Both the position numbers and the translations under genes were made by a program. A model generated the notes under the pieces. The model made no database searches. It saw only the letters and a list, made by a program, of their open reading frames with translations, and was not told where the DNA came from. A stretch of DNA of 64,000 bases from Spizellomyces punctatus DAOM BR117 (Eukaryota), in NCBI GenBank assembly GCA_000182565.2, contig KQ257470.1; one strand, 5' to 3'. Shown piece by piece: positions 38,927-52,039 of this stretch. Position 1 is the first letter of the stretch, and each line of letters opens with the position of its first letter.

Positions 38927-40462
38927 ATGTCCGGTGAGAAGCCCCATTTGTCGATCGTCATTTGCGGTCACGTCGACTCTGGAAAGTCGACCACCACCGG
39001 TCGTCTTCTCTTCGAGCTCGGTGGTATCCCCGAGCGTGAAATGGAGAAGCTTCGTCAGGAGGCTGAGCACCTCGGCAAGTCTTCCTTCGCTTTTGCTTTC
39101 TACATGGACCGTCAAAAGGAGGAGCGTGCCCGTGGTGTGACCATTGCCTGCACCACCAAGGAGTTCTTCACCAACAACTACCACTACACCATCATTGACG
39201 CCCCCGGTCACCGTGATTTCATCAAGAACATGATCTCTGGTGCCGTATGTATCTCTGCGTATTAACTTGCTGCTGCTGCTGTCGCAAATACCATGTCTGA
39301 TCTACTTTCCATCTACAGGCCCAGGCCGATGTCGGTCTTCTCATGGTTCCCGCTGACGGTAACTTCACCACTGCCATCCAGAAGGGTGACCACAAGGCCG
39401 GTGAAATTCAGGGCCAGACTCGTCAGCACGCTCGTCTTCTCAACCTTCTCGGTGTGAAGCAGCTTGTTGTTGGTGTGAACAAGATGGACTCTGACCCCGC
39501 TGGTCCCTACAAGAAGGAGCGTTACGATGAAATCGCCAACGAGATGCGCAACATGTTGGTCCGTACCGGCTGGAAGAAGGAGTTCGTTCAGGGCAGCGTT
39601 CCCGTCATCCCCATCTCTGGATGGATCGGTGACAACTTGCTCAAGAAGTCTGAGAAGATGTCTTGGTACCAAGGTCAGGAGGTTACCGCTCTCTCTGGAA
39701 AGAAGGTCAAGGTACACACTCTCCTCGATGCCTTGAACGACTTCGCTGAGATGCCCGAGCGTAAGAACGACGCGCCCATGCGTGTCCCCATCTCTGGTAT
39801 CTACAAGATCAAGGGTGTCGGTGATGTGCTCGCTGGCCGTGTTGAGCAGGGTACCGTCTTGCCCAACAAGGATGTTGTCTTCGTCCCCACCCACACCGCT
39901 GCCAACCCATGTGGTGGAAAGGTCTTCACCGTCGAAATGCACCACAAGAAGGTGGAGAAGGGTCTTGCCGGTGACAACATCGGTATGAACATCAAGGGTC
40001 TTGACAAGAACAACATGCCCCGTGCTGGTGACATCATGATCTACAAGGAGGACAAGTCCTTGAAGCCCGTCAAGGCTTTCACTGCCCAAGTCCAGACTCT
40101 CGACATCCCCGGTGAGGTCAAGCCCGGATACTCTCCCATTGGTTTCGTCCGATGCGGTCGCTCTGCTTGCCGTATGAAGGAGATCAAGTGGAAGATGGGT
40201 AAGGAGACTGGTATGAAGAAGCTTGAGGGTGCCCACTCCCTCAAGGCCAACGAGGCTGCTGAGGTCGTGTTCGAGCCCATCCAACCCCTTGTCGTCGACT
40301 CCTTCAAGAACTGCGAGGGTCTCTCCCGTATTGCCTTCCTTGACGGTAACTCTGCTGTCATGTTGGGCAAGGTACGTGATTGTATAGTTTGTTATGAATG
40401 TTTGCCGTCAAATCTAATATTGGTTCGAACCATAGGTAACGCAAGTCGAATACAAGGATTAA
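38927..40462 (+). CDS. EFL: elongation factor-like GTPase (EFL), 3 exons
   Basis: [61 protein letters not shown] and [12 protein letters not shown] are EFL rather than EF-1alpha signatures; strong codon bias. Confidence 0.95.
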
Positions 40463-42106
40463 GCCTGCTGGGTAGGATCGAATGTTCTTTTAGTATAGTG
40501 TTTGTCATTTAGGCCCCATTTGGTTCTTGCATAAATATATAGCACGTTTGTTTGCAAAAGAAGGCTTTTGCGACCTGTTGATTTATTTGGGGGGACTTGT
40601 AAATGTTTGATTTCTTTTGGGCAACCGTTAGAAATGAGAATGAACGTTTTAGTCAATTCTGAATTGTTGCAAATGATTGCTGCAATGTCTTTTGTCTTTA
40701 ACGAGTTTCTAACGGTTGTGCATATACCTGCATGACGGGCAGGTCCTTCTTTCCAAGTGATGGATGGAAACTATAAAGTCATAAAGCGCATGGATAGACA
40801 AGAATGATGCAAAGGGCATTAAACAAACAGGACAAGTTTTAATGGTAGTTACACGCTGTCGTAACATGGTCGATACGTTAAATAAAGGGTAGTAAGCGTT
40901 TGCGATGAAAGCAAAGAAAACAGTCGATGCGGGCATCGGCATCTGATATCTTTTGATTCACTCTTTCGACTCAATTGTCGCTTGTGACGGGGCTAAATGC
41001 AGTAACCCGCCTCAAGAAACCTGCTCTTCCTCAAATGATCGTTTTGTTTCCAACCGCACGTTTGAACGCACAGATGAATACTAAAGATCGAGAGTGTTAT
41101 ATGTCATAACATCTCGTTGGCACACACGAAGCAACTTGGACGGAATTACTACGACATTGGAAGACTGTTACGTGATCAGAAATCATATCTTTTATTTTTC
41201 TCGGTGTATCGAAAAGTATGGCGTTTACGCAGTACGATAGAGGTTATGGGCATATCGAGGGATGTGTATGATCTAGATTTGGTATACCCTATAAAGGAAA
41301 AATATCTCTGATCCATGAAACGAAATTCCTAGCAAAATACTCGTAGAGATGCGACCTTTATGTCGTAAATGACAAGTTTTGTCTTCTTGCCAAAGGTAGA
41401 TATGCACAGTACGCAACATTTCAAGTGAGCGCATTTCATTCGACGATGACCTGCGACTGGTTTCTGTCATGCTCGATGCAATAAAAACAATCTTGTTTTA
41501 CAAATTGGATCTCACTGGTTTTTTTTTTTTTTTGCTCCGTATTTTATCGTTAACCTTTTTCAAAAACCCCACTTTTGATACTCTTGTAATGCCATCTTTT
41601 TGGCCCAAACCGCTCGTCATACCCAACATCTCCCATTCTAGAACTCAAAAGTCCGACGATTCAAGGCTCCTTCACATGCCAAAACCCATCACAGTCATTT
41701 GAATGAATGTAACATTGTTATTGGACTATCCGTACCAGCCTTTGATAACAAAACTTCCACATAGGGTTATAAGGTATGTTGGTAGTTATCATTGACGTCT
41801 CTTTGAATGTGATCAGCAGTGGTCCCGTACCCAAATCGGACGAGTTCTGGAGCGCAAACAAAAGTCGACAGGTTGGTTTTTTTACCGCGAGAGACAGATC
41901 ATGACCGCCGTGATAGCAATATTCTCGGGTTGGTTTTTTGGTTTAGAAAAGAGGGGTATGTCCTCTGACATCTGGATACAGAGTATCATCATTTTAGGGA
42001 TAAATTCACCGAGGCAGCATGGGCGAGTATTCCAAATAACTATAGACAAGCGAAAAGTTTGATGGCGTAATTTGGCTGCCTTGATGGTGTGATGGTCTAG
42101 TACGCT

Positions 42107-42138
42107 TGTGTGTGTGTGTGTGTGTGTGTTGTGTGTGC
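42107..42138. repeat. (TG)n microsatellite
   Basis: tgtgtgtgtgtgtgtgtgtgtgttgtgtgtg. Confidence 0.85.
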
Positions 42139-42774
42139 GTTTATCTGTGTTTGCTGGCGGATTGAGAGATTTTGAACGCCGGAAGTGGGGTTTGTCGGGG
42201 TGCCATAGCTGAGATCACCAATGTCGCCGTTCTTGGTTATGATGATAACGGGCAATTTCGGCTGATTTGTATTTAGAAAACAATCATGCCAAGGCAGTTG
42301 CTCGACATTTGACTCTTCCGCCTGCATGTCTCCCAAACGAATCCATAGCATGAGTAGTTCCCTTGAGCTCCACAACCATCTGGTGTGCTACTAAACCAAT
42401 TTTTGTTCATGTTTCCTCATGGTTTATGTAGTCCCTCCGTCCGCTGCTTCTTCCCTTGATGCTGAGCATACCTCGTCAAGCTGGAGATCTTGTCCCTGCT
42501 ATATTAGTAGTATGCAAATGTAACCAACTTGTACAATTATCAAAAACCAAGAATCATATTATAGGCATGTGACATGTTATCATCTGTCGCAAAAGCATGC
42601 AAGGCGCATACGGCCCGCTATCAAAATGCCACGTTGACTTAGATACGATGTCAAAAGGGACCATCCACGGGCCTTAAAATTACAACACACCACCTTCCAG
42701 CTTCCACTACCTGTTGACATCCACAACACAAATGCACAGAAGGACTACATTCACCGCTTTTTGACTACAACCCT

Positions 42775-45250
42775 TCAATAGGAGGAGGGAGGAGGGGGTG
42801 GAGGCGGTTGTTCAGTTGGCGGGGGCGGCGGGGGGGCCCAGGATGGAGGAGGCAACGGCGGCGCACCTCCCCCATAGTAATCGGTCGGTGGCATTGGAGC
42901 TTGGTAAGACTGATAGCCTCCCGGAGGGGGAGGTGGAGGTGGATTCCATGACGGAGGTGGCATTGCGCCAGGTGGTGGCGGCACTGATGCACCTGGAGGT
43001 GCAATACCTGCACAACCCTCACAGTCAGTTTGTGTTTACTTTTTTAAAAGCGCATTGATTGCTTACCAGGTGGCCCAAATCCAGGTGGAGGTGGAGCAGC
43101 AGGATCATGTTGCTGCCATGGTGGCATTCCATTGCCAACATCGGTGGACTTTCGTGCCCACGGAGGTAGTCCACCAGTAGCGCCTTGGGCACCGCCACTA
43201 CCTCCAGCACCTGCCCACGGGGGCCGACCTCCTGGAGCACCAGCAGCTGGACGACCTGGTCCATAGTGGCCCTGATACAACGGTGAAGTATTAGATAAAA
43301 TTTGGCAAAACTTTAAAAGTCAAAGGCTCCCTCCAAGGAAAGAAAGAACAAGAACACGTACCGTACGGGCGCCGGGAGGAGCGCCAGGAGCCCCTCCGGG
43401 TCCAGACTCGCCTAGTTCGGCCATCAGATTCGCATACTCGCTGTCGAGCTTTTGATCCCGTTGTTCAGCTTCCCTCAATGCCTCTGGATTGTTTCTTTGC
43501 ATACAATCTAACCAAATGGACGTTCACAACTTTGTGATTACACTCGCAAGAACAGAGAAAACCTACCTCTGGCAGTGTGCCCCACACCGTTGCAAATACG
43601 GCAAACGAGGTTGACCGTGAAGTTCTTTTGTTCCGGACATTCGAACCTCCGATGACCTACAACGCTCTGAGGTCAGCAAATACAGAGCATTATATGTGCC
43701 TACGGAGATCTATGTACCTGTTCCACCGCAATTGGGACAAATTTGATTCTCATCGTCGCGAAGGGTGCCGTTGAGTTCCGCAAGATAACGTAACTGCATC
43801 CTTTTCAGCTCGTTTTGTCCTTCAGGCACACTTGCTGCCTAGTAGTGGGGAGCAACCGATGAGGAAACATACAAGGATACTATCATAAGAATGTGATAAC
43901 ATACGGTTTCAATCACTTTTTCAATGGCTTTCATGGCTATCTTGACCTTTTCTTCCGAGTCGGCTGTGACCAGACAATGCAAGTCCTCCTCTTCACCAGG
44001 AGCCAATGCGCCATCAGCACGCGCTTTTCCCTCCTTCACGGAGCCTTTTCCTCTGATACTGATTTTGGCACCAGAGTCAGCCTCAATCCTTTTTAGAGTG
44101 GTTCCACGAGGACCTACACATTTCCGCAATCAACATGGGCGCCCCACAAACAATATATCAAGAATGAATCCTTACCAATGAGCTGTCCAATAAAGTTGAT
44201 CTCTGGGTAATCCCTAACAGGAATGTACAATTTATCAGAGACCTTTGTCGGCCTCTTGTAGTCCGCCGGAGGCTTGAAACCTGGGATCTTTCTGAGACCC
44301 TCCTCCACAAGCTTGTGCCGCTCATCTTCGAGCTTTTTACGGTACCGATACTCTCGAGTGTTGATACGCTTGCCGTCGGCGCCGTAAATAGGCTCGGGAG
44401 ACGGCGACCTAAGGGTAACGTAACAAGTGATCAGTAGCCAGATTTTACAAAGTGTCACCACGCAGAAACAAATTCTACCTTTCGGATTCAGGAGGAACAT
44501 AGTCTCCGACCCTCAGCTTGCGGTTTATTTCCTCAAGCCTCATGTGGATAACATATCCATCAAGTTGTTCGGGACTTAGTCCCGTAGGCAAAACGGTCGG
44601 CATGCCCGGAATATTGATCTTGTTATCCGTTTCGCCCCATCGAGAGCGGCGCTTGCGCGGTCTACCTTCCCTGCCTTCAAAGAGGAGAAAGCGAATATGC
44701 ATTGGATGGATTGATGTGAGGTGACGATGCCGCGGTTAGGAAGGAACATGTTAGAAAGGTAAGAGTTACACGATGGGGTTAGTTATCATTAGCGGTAAGT
44801 ACAAGTCTGGGATGAGCACAAGCTAATATCCCGATACACGGACCAGACCACAGAAAGCAACGCAATGCCAAGTGTCCGCAAAAAGTCCAGCCGCTTCGTC
44901 GGCCCATTTATTAAGCTCAGCAAAATCACAGAAACAATCCGGTAACCCCAGCAGTTGAGTAATTTCAAAACCCAGAGCAAAGCACATTCCCATGTACACG
45001 CAGCACTCTGCTCTCCTTTCAAAGCCAGGACAAGGAAGCTAGCGGTCAAGGAAACAAATGGTAACATTGTCACCTCATCTTTACCTTCGTCGCTTGCCGA
45101 TCCGTTGCGAGCCGAAGATCCGTTCGACGTCAGCAGCTTGGGAGCATCTGCCGACGGTGGCGGAGGCGGAGGATGATCGTCATCATCATAGCGCTTTCTC
45201 CGCGTCCCTAGCGGGCTGTTGTTTGTGCCCGTGGTGCGATTTCCGTACAT
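42775..45250 (-). CDS. MSL5: splicing factor 1 / branchpoint-bridging protein
   Basis: [24 protein letters not shown]2 ([19 protein letters not shown]...[10 protein letters not shown]); zinc knuckles; Pro-rich tail. Confidence 0.95.
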
Positions 45251-46167
45251 TTTGGCAACTCTTTGAGCCAATGAATCCTGTGCTTGTTAGGATATTAATA
45301 GATCTTGGTGACTGCGTCTAGCGCCAACAAAGAAGGCTCGTCAGCATGCACGGATGAGATCTAACGTTCGTGGGAATAAAAAGCTGCGGATGTGCCTGGA
45401 AACTGCGCATTTCCCATTTCCAGTTTGAGCACATGACCTGCTGCGCCATGTCACTCATGATTGGCTGCAGCCGCCCACTAATGGCCAATACCCAAATAAT
45501 TGGTAACTGAGCTGGTGGTGGTAAAACCAAAGTGCGTCCCCCCACCCGTTTTTGACAAGCTTTTTTTCTCAAGGTCTCGACTTGTGTGAATACGCATGTT
45601 CAAAACAGAAGCGCAATCTAGACCCAAACGTGTTAAAAGGACATTCCGGTATCTTTTGCTGAAAGCAGCCTACGGGTGGCAATAGATAGTGCAAAGCCGT
45701 CGGGGATTTAAAGGGAAGATCCCCCGTGCTTGCGATGAGCAGCCGAGTGTTGCATACACAAAATGACACAAATGAATACGTTAAAGCCGCAATGGAGAGC
45801 GCAGCCCAAGAGGAAATCGGATCAGCCGTGATTCCGGGCTCCGAGGGCTTGGAATACAAATGTCTCCCACAGTATATCCGACAATGCGGAACAGTACCCA
45901 GCTAAAGGCCTAGAACATGTATCACTCGCTTTTTCTCCAAACAGCGAGTTTCAAAATAACACTTGTTTAAACTCGTCGCTTTTATGCTTGCTCCCCCCCA
46001 ACATCTCTTCCCAACAAAGTCTTTTCAAATCCACCTTTTGTTAACGACCGCATTTGAGCGATTTCCATTCTTTTGTTCGGCCGGAATAAGCGGAATTCAT
46101 GATTTCCCCGCAAAGGCCAACGTATCGCTATTTCCCGTTTCCTGTACGACGGACAAAGCTATCGTTC

Positions 46168-47101
46168 ATGCAAACGGACGTATCTCGCGACATTGACTGG
46201 AAACAGTTTCGAATAGCCGTAGTGGATGACAATGACATGTAGGTTGCGTTCAAGAGAACTAGTGAGGATACCTTTGCTCACACCGCTATGGTTGAACGTG
46301 CACAGCAACCAAAAGATTATCTGCAAACTATTGAAAAAGTTTCTGGACGTGGACATAAAAGCGGCAGATATCTTTGAAAACGGCCAGCTATGCCTCAATG
46401 CCATGGCCCAGCATCGGTACGATTTGGTCCTTCTCGATATTGGTAGGTGGTCCTGTGTCAATTAGCATGTACCAGAGCTGAAAAGTCTCATCATGGCACG
46501 CATCTTGGTTTATATAGAAATGCCAGTATTGGACGGATGCGAAACTGCTCTGCGAATCCGAAGCGGTCTACCTTCACCACCCCTCTCGACCCTCTCCAGT
46601 GCCCCCGAAAACCCCTCACCAACCTCGCCCTCATCACCCACATCCCCTTTCAACACCGACTCTGACACTGAATCACCAGCAGTGCTCAAAGATAACCGCG
46701 ACATACCCATTGTAGTTGTCACATGCAACGCCATGGATCATCAACGACGACACTATCTGTCCCTGGGGGTGAATGCGGTTGTAGCAAAACCTCTACATCC
46801 AGAATTGTTTATCACGACTGTAAAAGCGCATTTAGCGGCATTTGCTGCAAGAGCGCCAAAGGAGGCTGTAGAAATGTGTCAAAGCGACGCCCAACTTTCA
46901 CGATTACCCGATCCGCAAAACCGGTCCCAGGAAGGTGCCAGGGACAGTAACACACCAGGAGACGGTGGCTTATCAACCAAGACGAAATCACGGATGCTGC
47001 GCATACTCGAGTCGGTCTTGCAGGCGGATGGATTGGAAAGAGCGGGAAGCGCGTCTCGCCCAAAAGCTAATCAAGGCAATCACGAGGGTGTAAAGGGCTG
47101 A
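46168..47101 (+). CDS. stand-alone response-regulator receiver protein (3 exons)
   Basis: Spliced: RIAVVDDNDINQKII...YDLVLLDIEMPVLDG...PIVVVTCNA...VVAKP; acidic pair, phospho-Asp, Thr and Lys are all present. Confidence 0.85.
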
Positions 47102-47699
47102 TGCCTGCGCCCTGTTTGCAAGATGACAGTATCCCCCTTGTATCCCTTGATCTTTTTTATGTACATAACGCCCATTTTGTATGATATGCCTGATAGACAA
47201 AATAAATAGAAGGTCCCAAAAAGATTATGATGGCCGTGCAGTGTCGATAGCCATTTTAAAATGCTGTTTCGTGTGTTGTTCCGCTCAGCACACAAAAGAG
47301 TGGATGATAAAAGCACCAAAAAAACTCTGCAAAAAAACTCATCTGGGGGCGTAAAAAGGGCTGGAATGCAGAAAAACGATCTGGAATCGATCTGTAGCAC
47401 AGTGCTACTACTTTCGGCAATTTGGCGGAGATATTTCCCACTCGGTCTTTGGCGAGTCGTGAAAATTGTCTCCCAGATTGGGAACCAAAAGACCGGATCT
47501 TATTACCAGTATTTCGGGACAAGGTCGTGGGCTGAGTGTGAAATTTCAGGTCTTTGCAGGCGACTTGCCCTTCAAGGGGGACAATGATTGAACAAGGACA
47601 TGCTTCAAATTGAACAGGCGTGTTTGAACGTGGGCTGCGTGACGTCATCCAAGGGCAAAAGGAAACTTTCCAACAGATTGCATATTGATCTCCTTTCAA

Positions 47700-49713
47700 T
47701 CACGCATCAGGGCCTACATAATTCTTTGCAGCATCCCAATAATGTACCGCTCTCATCTTTTCCAGGTACTCTTTGATCCTTGCCTCTGTAGGGAGAGGCT
47801 TGAATCGAAAAAACTTGAACAGCCGATCTTTAATCTCGCCTTCCCACACCAATACACATTGATTCGGAGCTTTGGGACCGGTAGACGACGCCTCTTCAGC
47901 ACCATCCTCTTCACCCTTTTTCTCATTCGTCCAGTCGATTCTGCGAAGCATTAGCTTTTTATATGCCTTAATTCCCTTGGGTCCCCCTTCAACAATCACC
48001 ACATTCAGCCCAGAATACAAAATGGCAACTCCGGTCAGATTGTGCTGCTGCGCATTCATGTCCACCTTGAACTTATGCTGCGGATGACTAAGATCGTTGA
48101 TTCTAAACACTGCAACTTCGACTAGGTTGCTGGTGTCTTCTCGCAACTTTTTACGCTTTTTCTCCTTCCGTTGCTCATCAGTCAGCTTTCCGGCTGCATT
48201 CATGTCCTTGTGCTTCTTAAGCCGAGCGGCCATTTGCGCCCGTACTGCTGCCTCCACCTTGGTGGGATCTTGAACAGCTTCCGTACCCAGTACCATCATC
48301 AGATTCGAGATCTTCACCTTGTTTTGTTCTGGTGGTAGCAGGCCTAAACGAATTTTATCCCGCTTCTCCTTTTGTGCCTCCTGACGGCGCTGACGACGCA
48401 ACTTCTTTCGCTCCTAAGGCACGAAACACCACAAGTTGGTTAGACGTGCGCTAGACTCACCAAGGAACAGTTCTCTTGAGACGCCCACCTTTGTCGTTAA
48501 CATAAGAGGCTTCAATTTGGGGTCCCCGGGTTCTGCCGGCGGCTGAATGGGTATTGGATGTTGAACGTAGTTTGTCACGATTGACGTTTCAGACATCAAA
48601 ACCGCATCCGCATCGAAATTTTCGTAGCCGTCAGGTACAAGTGGTGCGTCCCACCATTCCACGGCTGGTGGTGGTTCTTTCTACATTGCACACAATAGCG
48701 TCAGACCAACCCAACACCATCGATGACTTTGGTCCCCCGTCACTTACTCGCATCCCTTGCTCGGCAACAAGATCCAATTCCACATCCATTCCTGTCTTTC
48801 TTACAGACTCGGCAATATCTTGCTTCAATTTCTCCAATTGAGCCTATTTTGACGACACATTAGCTGGTGTAAAGCATATACAATTCAAATGCAGATAGAA
48901 TACCTTGGCGCGCAATTGATTTGCCTCATTTACAAACCGGCCAGGCTGCACAAACTTGAAGCCCTTGCGAATTCTCGGCCGCGGTCCGAGCTTTGTACCC
49001 AACTTTGGATCATAGTACGGATTCTTTGTTGGGTCTGCAAAGTCAGCAGAAACCTGTTCAATCTTCATTTCCTTCTTGGCAGGCTCTTTGGGCTGCGCGA
49101 TACGCTGGTTCGCCTTGACCGTAGCAAAATCAGCCTTGGGAATGAGAGCTCTCGCTCCACCTTTAATGTTCAGTTGCCCGCTTCCGTCCACCATAAGAGC
49201 TGGATGATATGCCATGTTTAGACCACGTTTTTCTTTATCTCCTGGAAGAATTGGAGCCGCCTTTGGAGGGTGAGAATTCACGTAAGAACACAGTTCATTG
49301 TGCCTGAGAGCGGCTAGTTGCCTCCACCTACCAGTAAACTGGGGTTCGCTTGCAAGGACTGCCGGATTCGTTGTTTAGCTTCATCAATTCGCCGTTGCAT
49401 TTCGTCTTGGCGGGATAACGCGGGAGGACTGGGAGCAGCTGGACTGCTCGGTGCTGGGCTCCCAGTTGGTAGCAAACCTTGTTTGCGCATTGCAGCCATT
49501 TTCTCTTGAATCTCCCGAGCTCTCGCTGCCACCTCAGCCTTCACCTGTTACAAGGTCGTCAGCACCATAATGGCCTGGAACGGCAGTTAACTTCGCACCA
49601 ACCTTATCAGCATCGAATACCGCATTGCCCTCACTCTTTGACTTCTTCGCTTCACGCCCTTCATTCCCTCCATCCTCAAGGTGCCTCCGTTTCAACGAGT
49701 CGCTCGACGACAT
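47700..49713 (-). CDS. PRP3: U4/U6 snRNP protein Prp3
   Basis: EWWDAPL, YVQHPIPIQPP, KVKISNLMMVLGTEAVQDPTKVE, VEGGPKGIKAYKKLMLRRIDW, CVLVWEG. Confidence 0.95.
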
Positions 49714-49934
49714 TAGATGTCCGTCCCAAGACGTCAACGCTGTGCGATCTGATGAACGACAGGGTCCTTCAAAACATTGACGATTTCCTTTGTCCCTCAG
49801 GAGTGCTGAGCCATCCTAATCTGGCGCAGTCACTAACGCGATTGAGTCCGCAGCGGGCTGAGGTCAGTAAATAAGCGTTGCGTTCATACGCCAGAGTAGT
49901 CGCCACCCGAAAAACTCAAATCACAACAAGCAAG

Positions 49935-50839
49935 ATGGTGAAGCTAACGTCAAGCGACGGTCAAGAAGTTACCGTACCAAAGGAAATTGCATGCCAATCT
50001 ATTCTTATCAAGAATATGTTGGAGGACGTTGGGGAGGATGATGACCAGCCGGTGCCTTTGCCAAATGTCTCAGGACCAATTCTCCAAAAAGGTGGGTGGA
50101 AACGAGTATATTGGAATTTTGGATGCCTTGGGCCCACGCTTCATGCTGCACGGAACGCTTTAATGTACGGCCTACACGGGGTTAGGTTGGTGAAAATCAT
50201 GAACTAGTGGTGTCAAATTTGAGGAATACGTCCGTTTGCTTGGGACAATCGCTGGCGGATCCTTTGCGCGCGTCGAGCTTGTTCAGATTCTGTGTCCTTG
50301 TGCTGTCCTCAAACGTTCAAACCGAGACATTACATTGATTGTTGTCTCGTCCCATAGTAATTGAATACGCAACCCACCACAAGGACGACCCACCGTTGCC
50401 TCCAGAGGAGGAGATGAAACCGAAGTCCTCTGAAGATATTGACGAATGGGACCGCGAATTCACAAATGTCGATCAAGGCACCTTGTTTGAACTAATTCTT
50501 GCAGCAAACTATCTCGATATGAAGGGTTTACTCGATTTGGGCTGTAAGACTGTTGCGAACATGATTAAGGGAAAGTCAGTTGAGGAGATTCGCAAGGTAC
50601 GTGTCCAAGTAGGCTTACTACGCATTGAACGCCAATACGCGGCATTTTTGTCGCCGGTGGACGAGATGACCTTGCTAACAATTATCTCGGACATTAGACG
50701 TTCAACATTGTTAACGATTTCACACCAGAGGAGGAGGAGCAGATTCGTAAGGTGTGTCAACGGGTCGCTTTTCATCTCATATGCAAGCAAAGAATGTAAC
50801 CAGTGCTTTCAGGAAAACGAATGGTGTGAGGACCGCTAA
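49935..50839 (+). CDS. SKP1: SCF subunit Skp1
   Basis: MVKLTSSDG...[22 protein letters not shown]...[19 protein letters not shown]. Confidence 0.97.
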
Positions 50840-51419
50840 AGTTGGGCATGACCAATGTCGAATTGATCATAGTGGAGTGGAAGTGAAGGACACTGTGAAA
50901 TATCAGATCGATCTCAAAATCCGAGTAACTAGGAGAGGCTAGTGCCATGCGGAGCAAGTTCTCGTAATTATATTTTTCGCCGAAATGCTACATTTGCGTG
51001 CAGTGGTGCGTCAGGTTACAGTAGAATCCTGTCAGTAACAATTGAATATTTTCTTTTGGTTGTACCGAACCATTCCGCCATGTTGCCAGTTATACAAGCA
51101 ATATCAATGCTTGATGAGATGGCTTTTTGACGCATCATTTGAGGATTCCTCCCAAAGGAGCAATAGAACTAGTCGCTCCATGATGAGGTTCCCTGCAGTG
51201 GTTAAGGATCATATCATGATCGCATGACGCTCCAGTAGACTATACGCTTCTCCACAAAGTCCACAGGACAATCTCAGAAAAAGACGGCATTGTGTGGGAA
51301 CCTCATCCTACCAATGTTGTTAACTTAGACTATATTGTCAAATAATACAGTCGCGTAACCTCTTCTTTATTTCCAAATCCAACTGTGTCGGTATATGAGA
51401 ATATCTATCATGACGGTGA

Positions 51420-52039
51420 TTATTTGTACAAGGGCTTCTCCTTGAGATGAATGGGCGTTTGTCCCTCTGGTGTATCCGGAATAGTCTTCGTAAGACCCTA
51501 AAGCGAGACAGATAGTGTAAGAAAACAAGTTACAATACGCCGGGAGAGATCCTACACGCCCGGGTGTACTTACCAGCTTTTTGAATACACAATCGTTAAA
51601 TTCCCGTTCCTCCTTGCGGCATTGGAAAAGTTGATGGTTGTTCACATCCAAGCATTCCCAGTGCCGTGTCCATTCCTTGTCACAGTTTTCCTTCAGTTTT
51701 CGGATCCTGCCCAGCAGACAATCAGAACAATCCTCAAAATAACAGAAAGAAACCGCAAGGACTCCATCGTGTTCTCCCTTGTTATACATACAAGTCCAAC
51801 GCACAACGAGTAACCTTCCGCCCCTCCTTCAAACAATGGCGAGGATCTTGGGACTCGTTTTTACATAACATGTAATCTTCCGAGTAAGCCTTGCAGTAGC
51901 TAGCAAAGTGAAACGACATGGACTCCAATGGCGCGGACGTACAGCCGACTTCAGGTACCGGAGGCGCGACATCGGAAGAGAGACCCTCCTTCTCCACCCA
52001 AAGACCCTCAACAAAAACTCCTTCACGATGGGTGGTCAT
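51420..52039 (-). CDS. NDUFA8: complex I subunit NDUFA8 (twin CX9C)
   Basis: EVGCTSAPL...YMLCKNESQDPRHCLKEGRKVTRC; HWECLD...CRKEE. Confidence 0.92.

Noticed and set aside
39313-40284. 323-aa ORF antisense to EFL
   Set aside because: Expected shadow of strong codon bias; no independent protein features.
42193-42256. TCGGGGTGC...GCTGAGA resembles the 5' half of a TPP riboswitch
   Set aside because: The conserved 3' half (CUGAU...UAAU...GCG.AGG) is missing and no thiamine gene is adjacent.
8748-52039. Apparent functional clustering (SmB/SF1/PRP3; IF1-like/RSM19/AOX/NDUFA8; F-box/SKP1)
   Set aside because: The genes are interspersed with unrelated housekeeping genes, consistent with chance in a compact genome.
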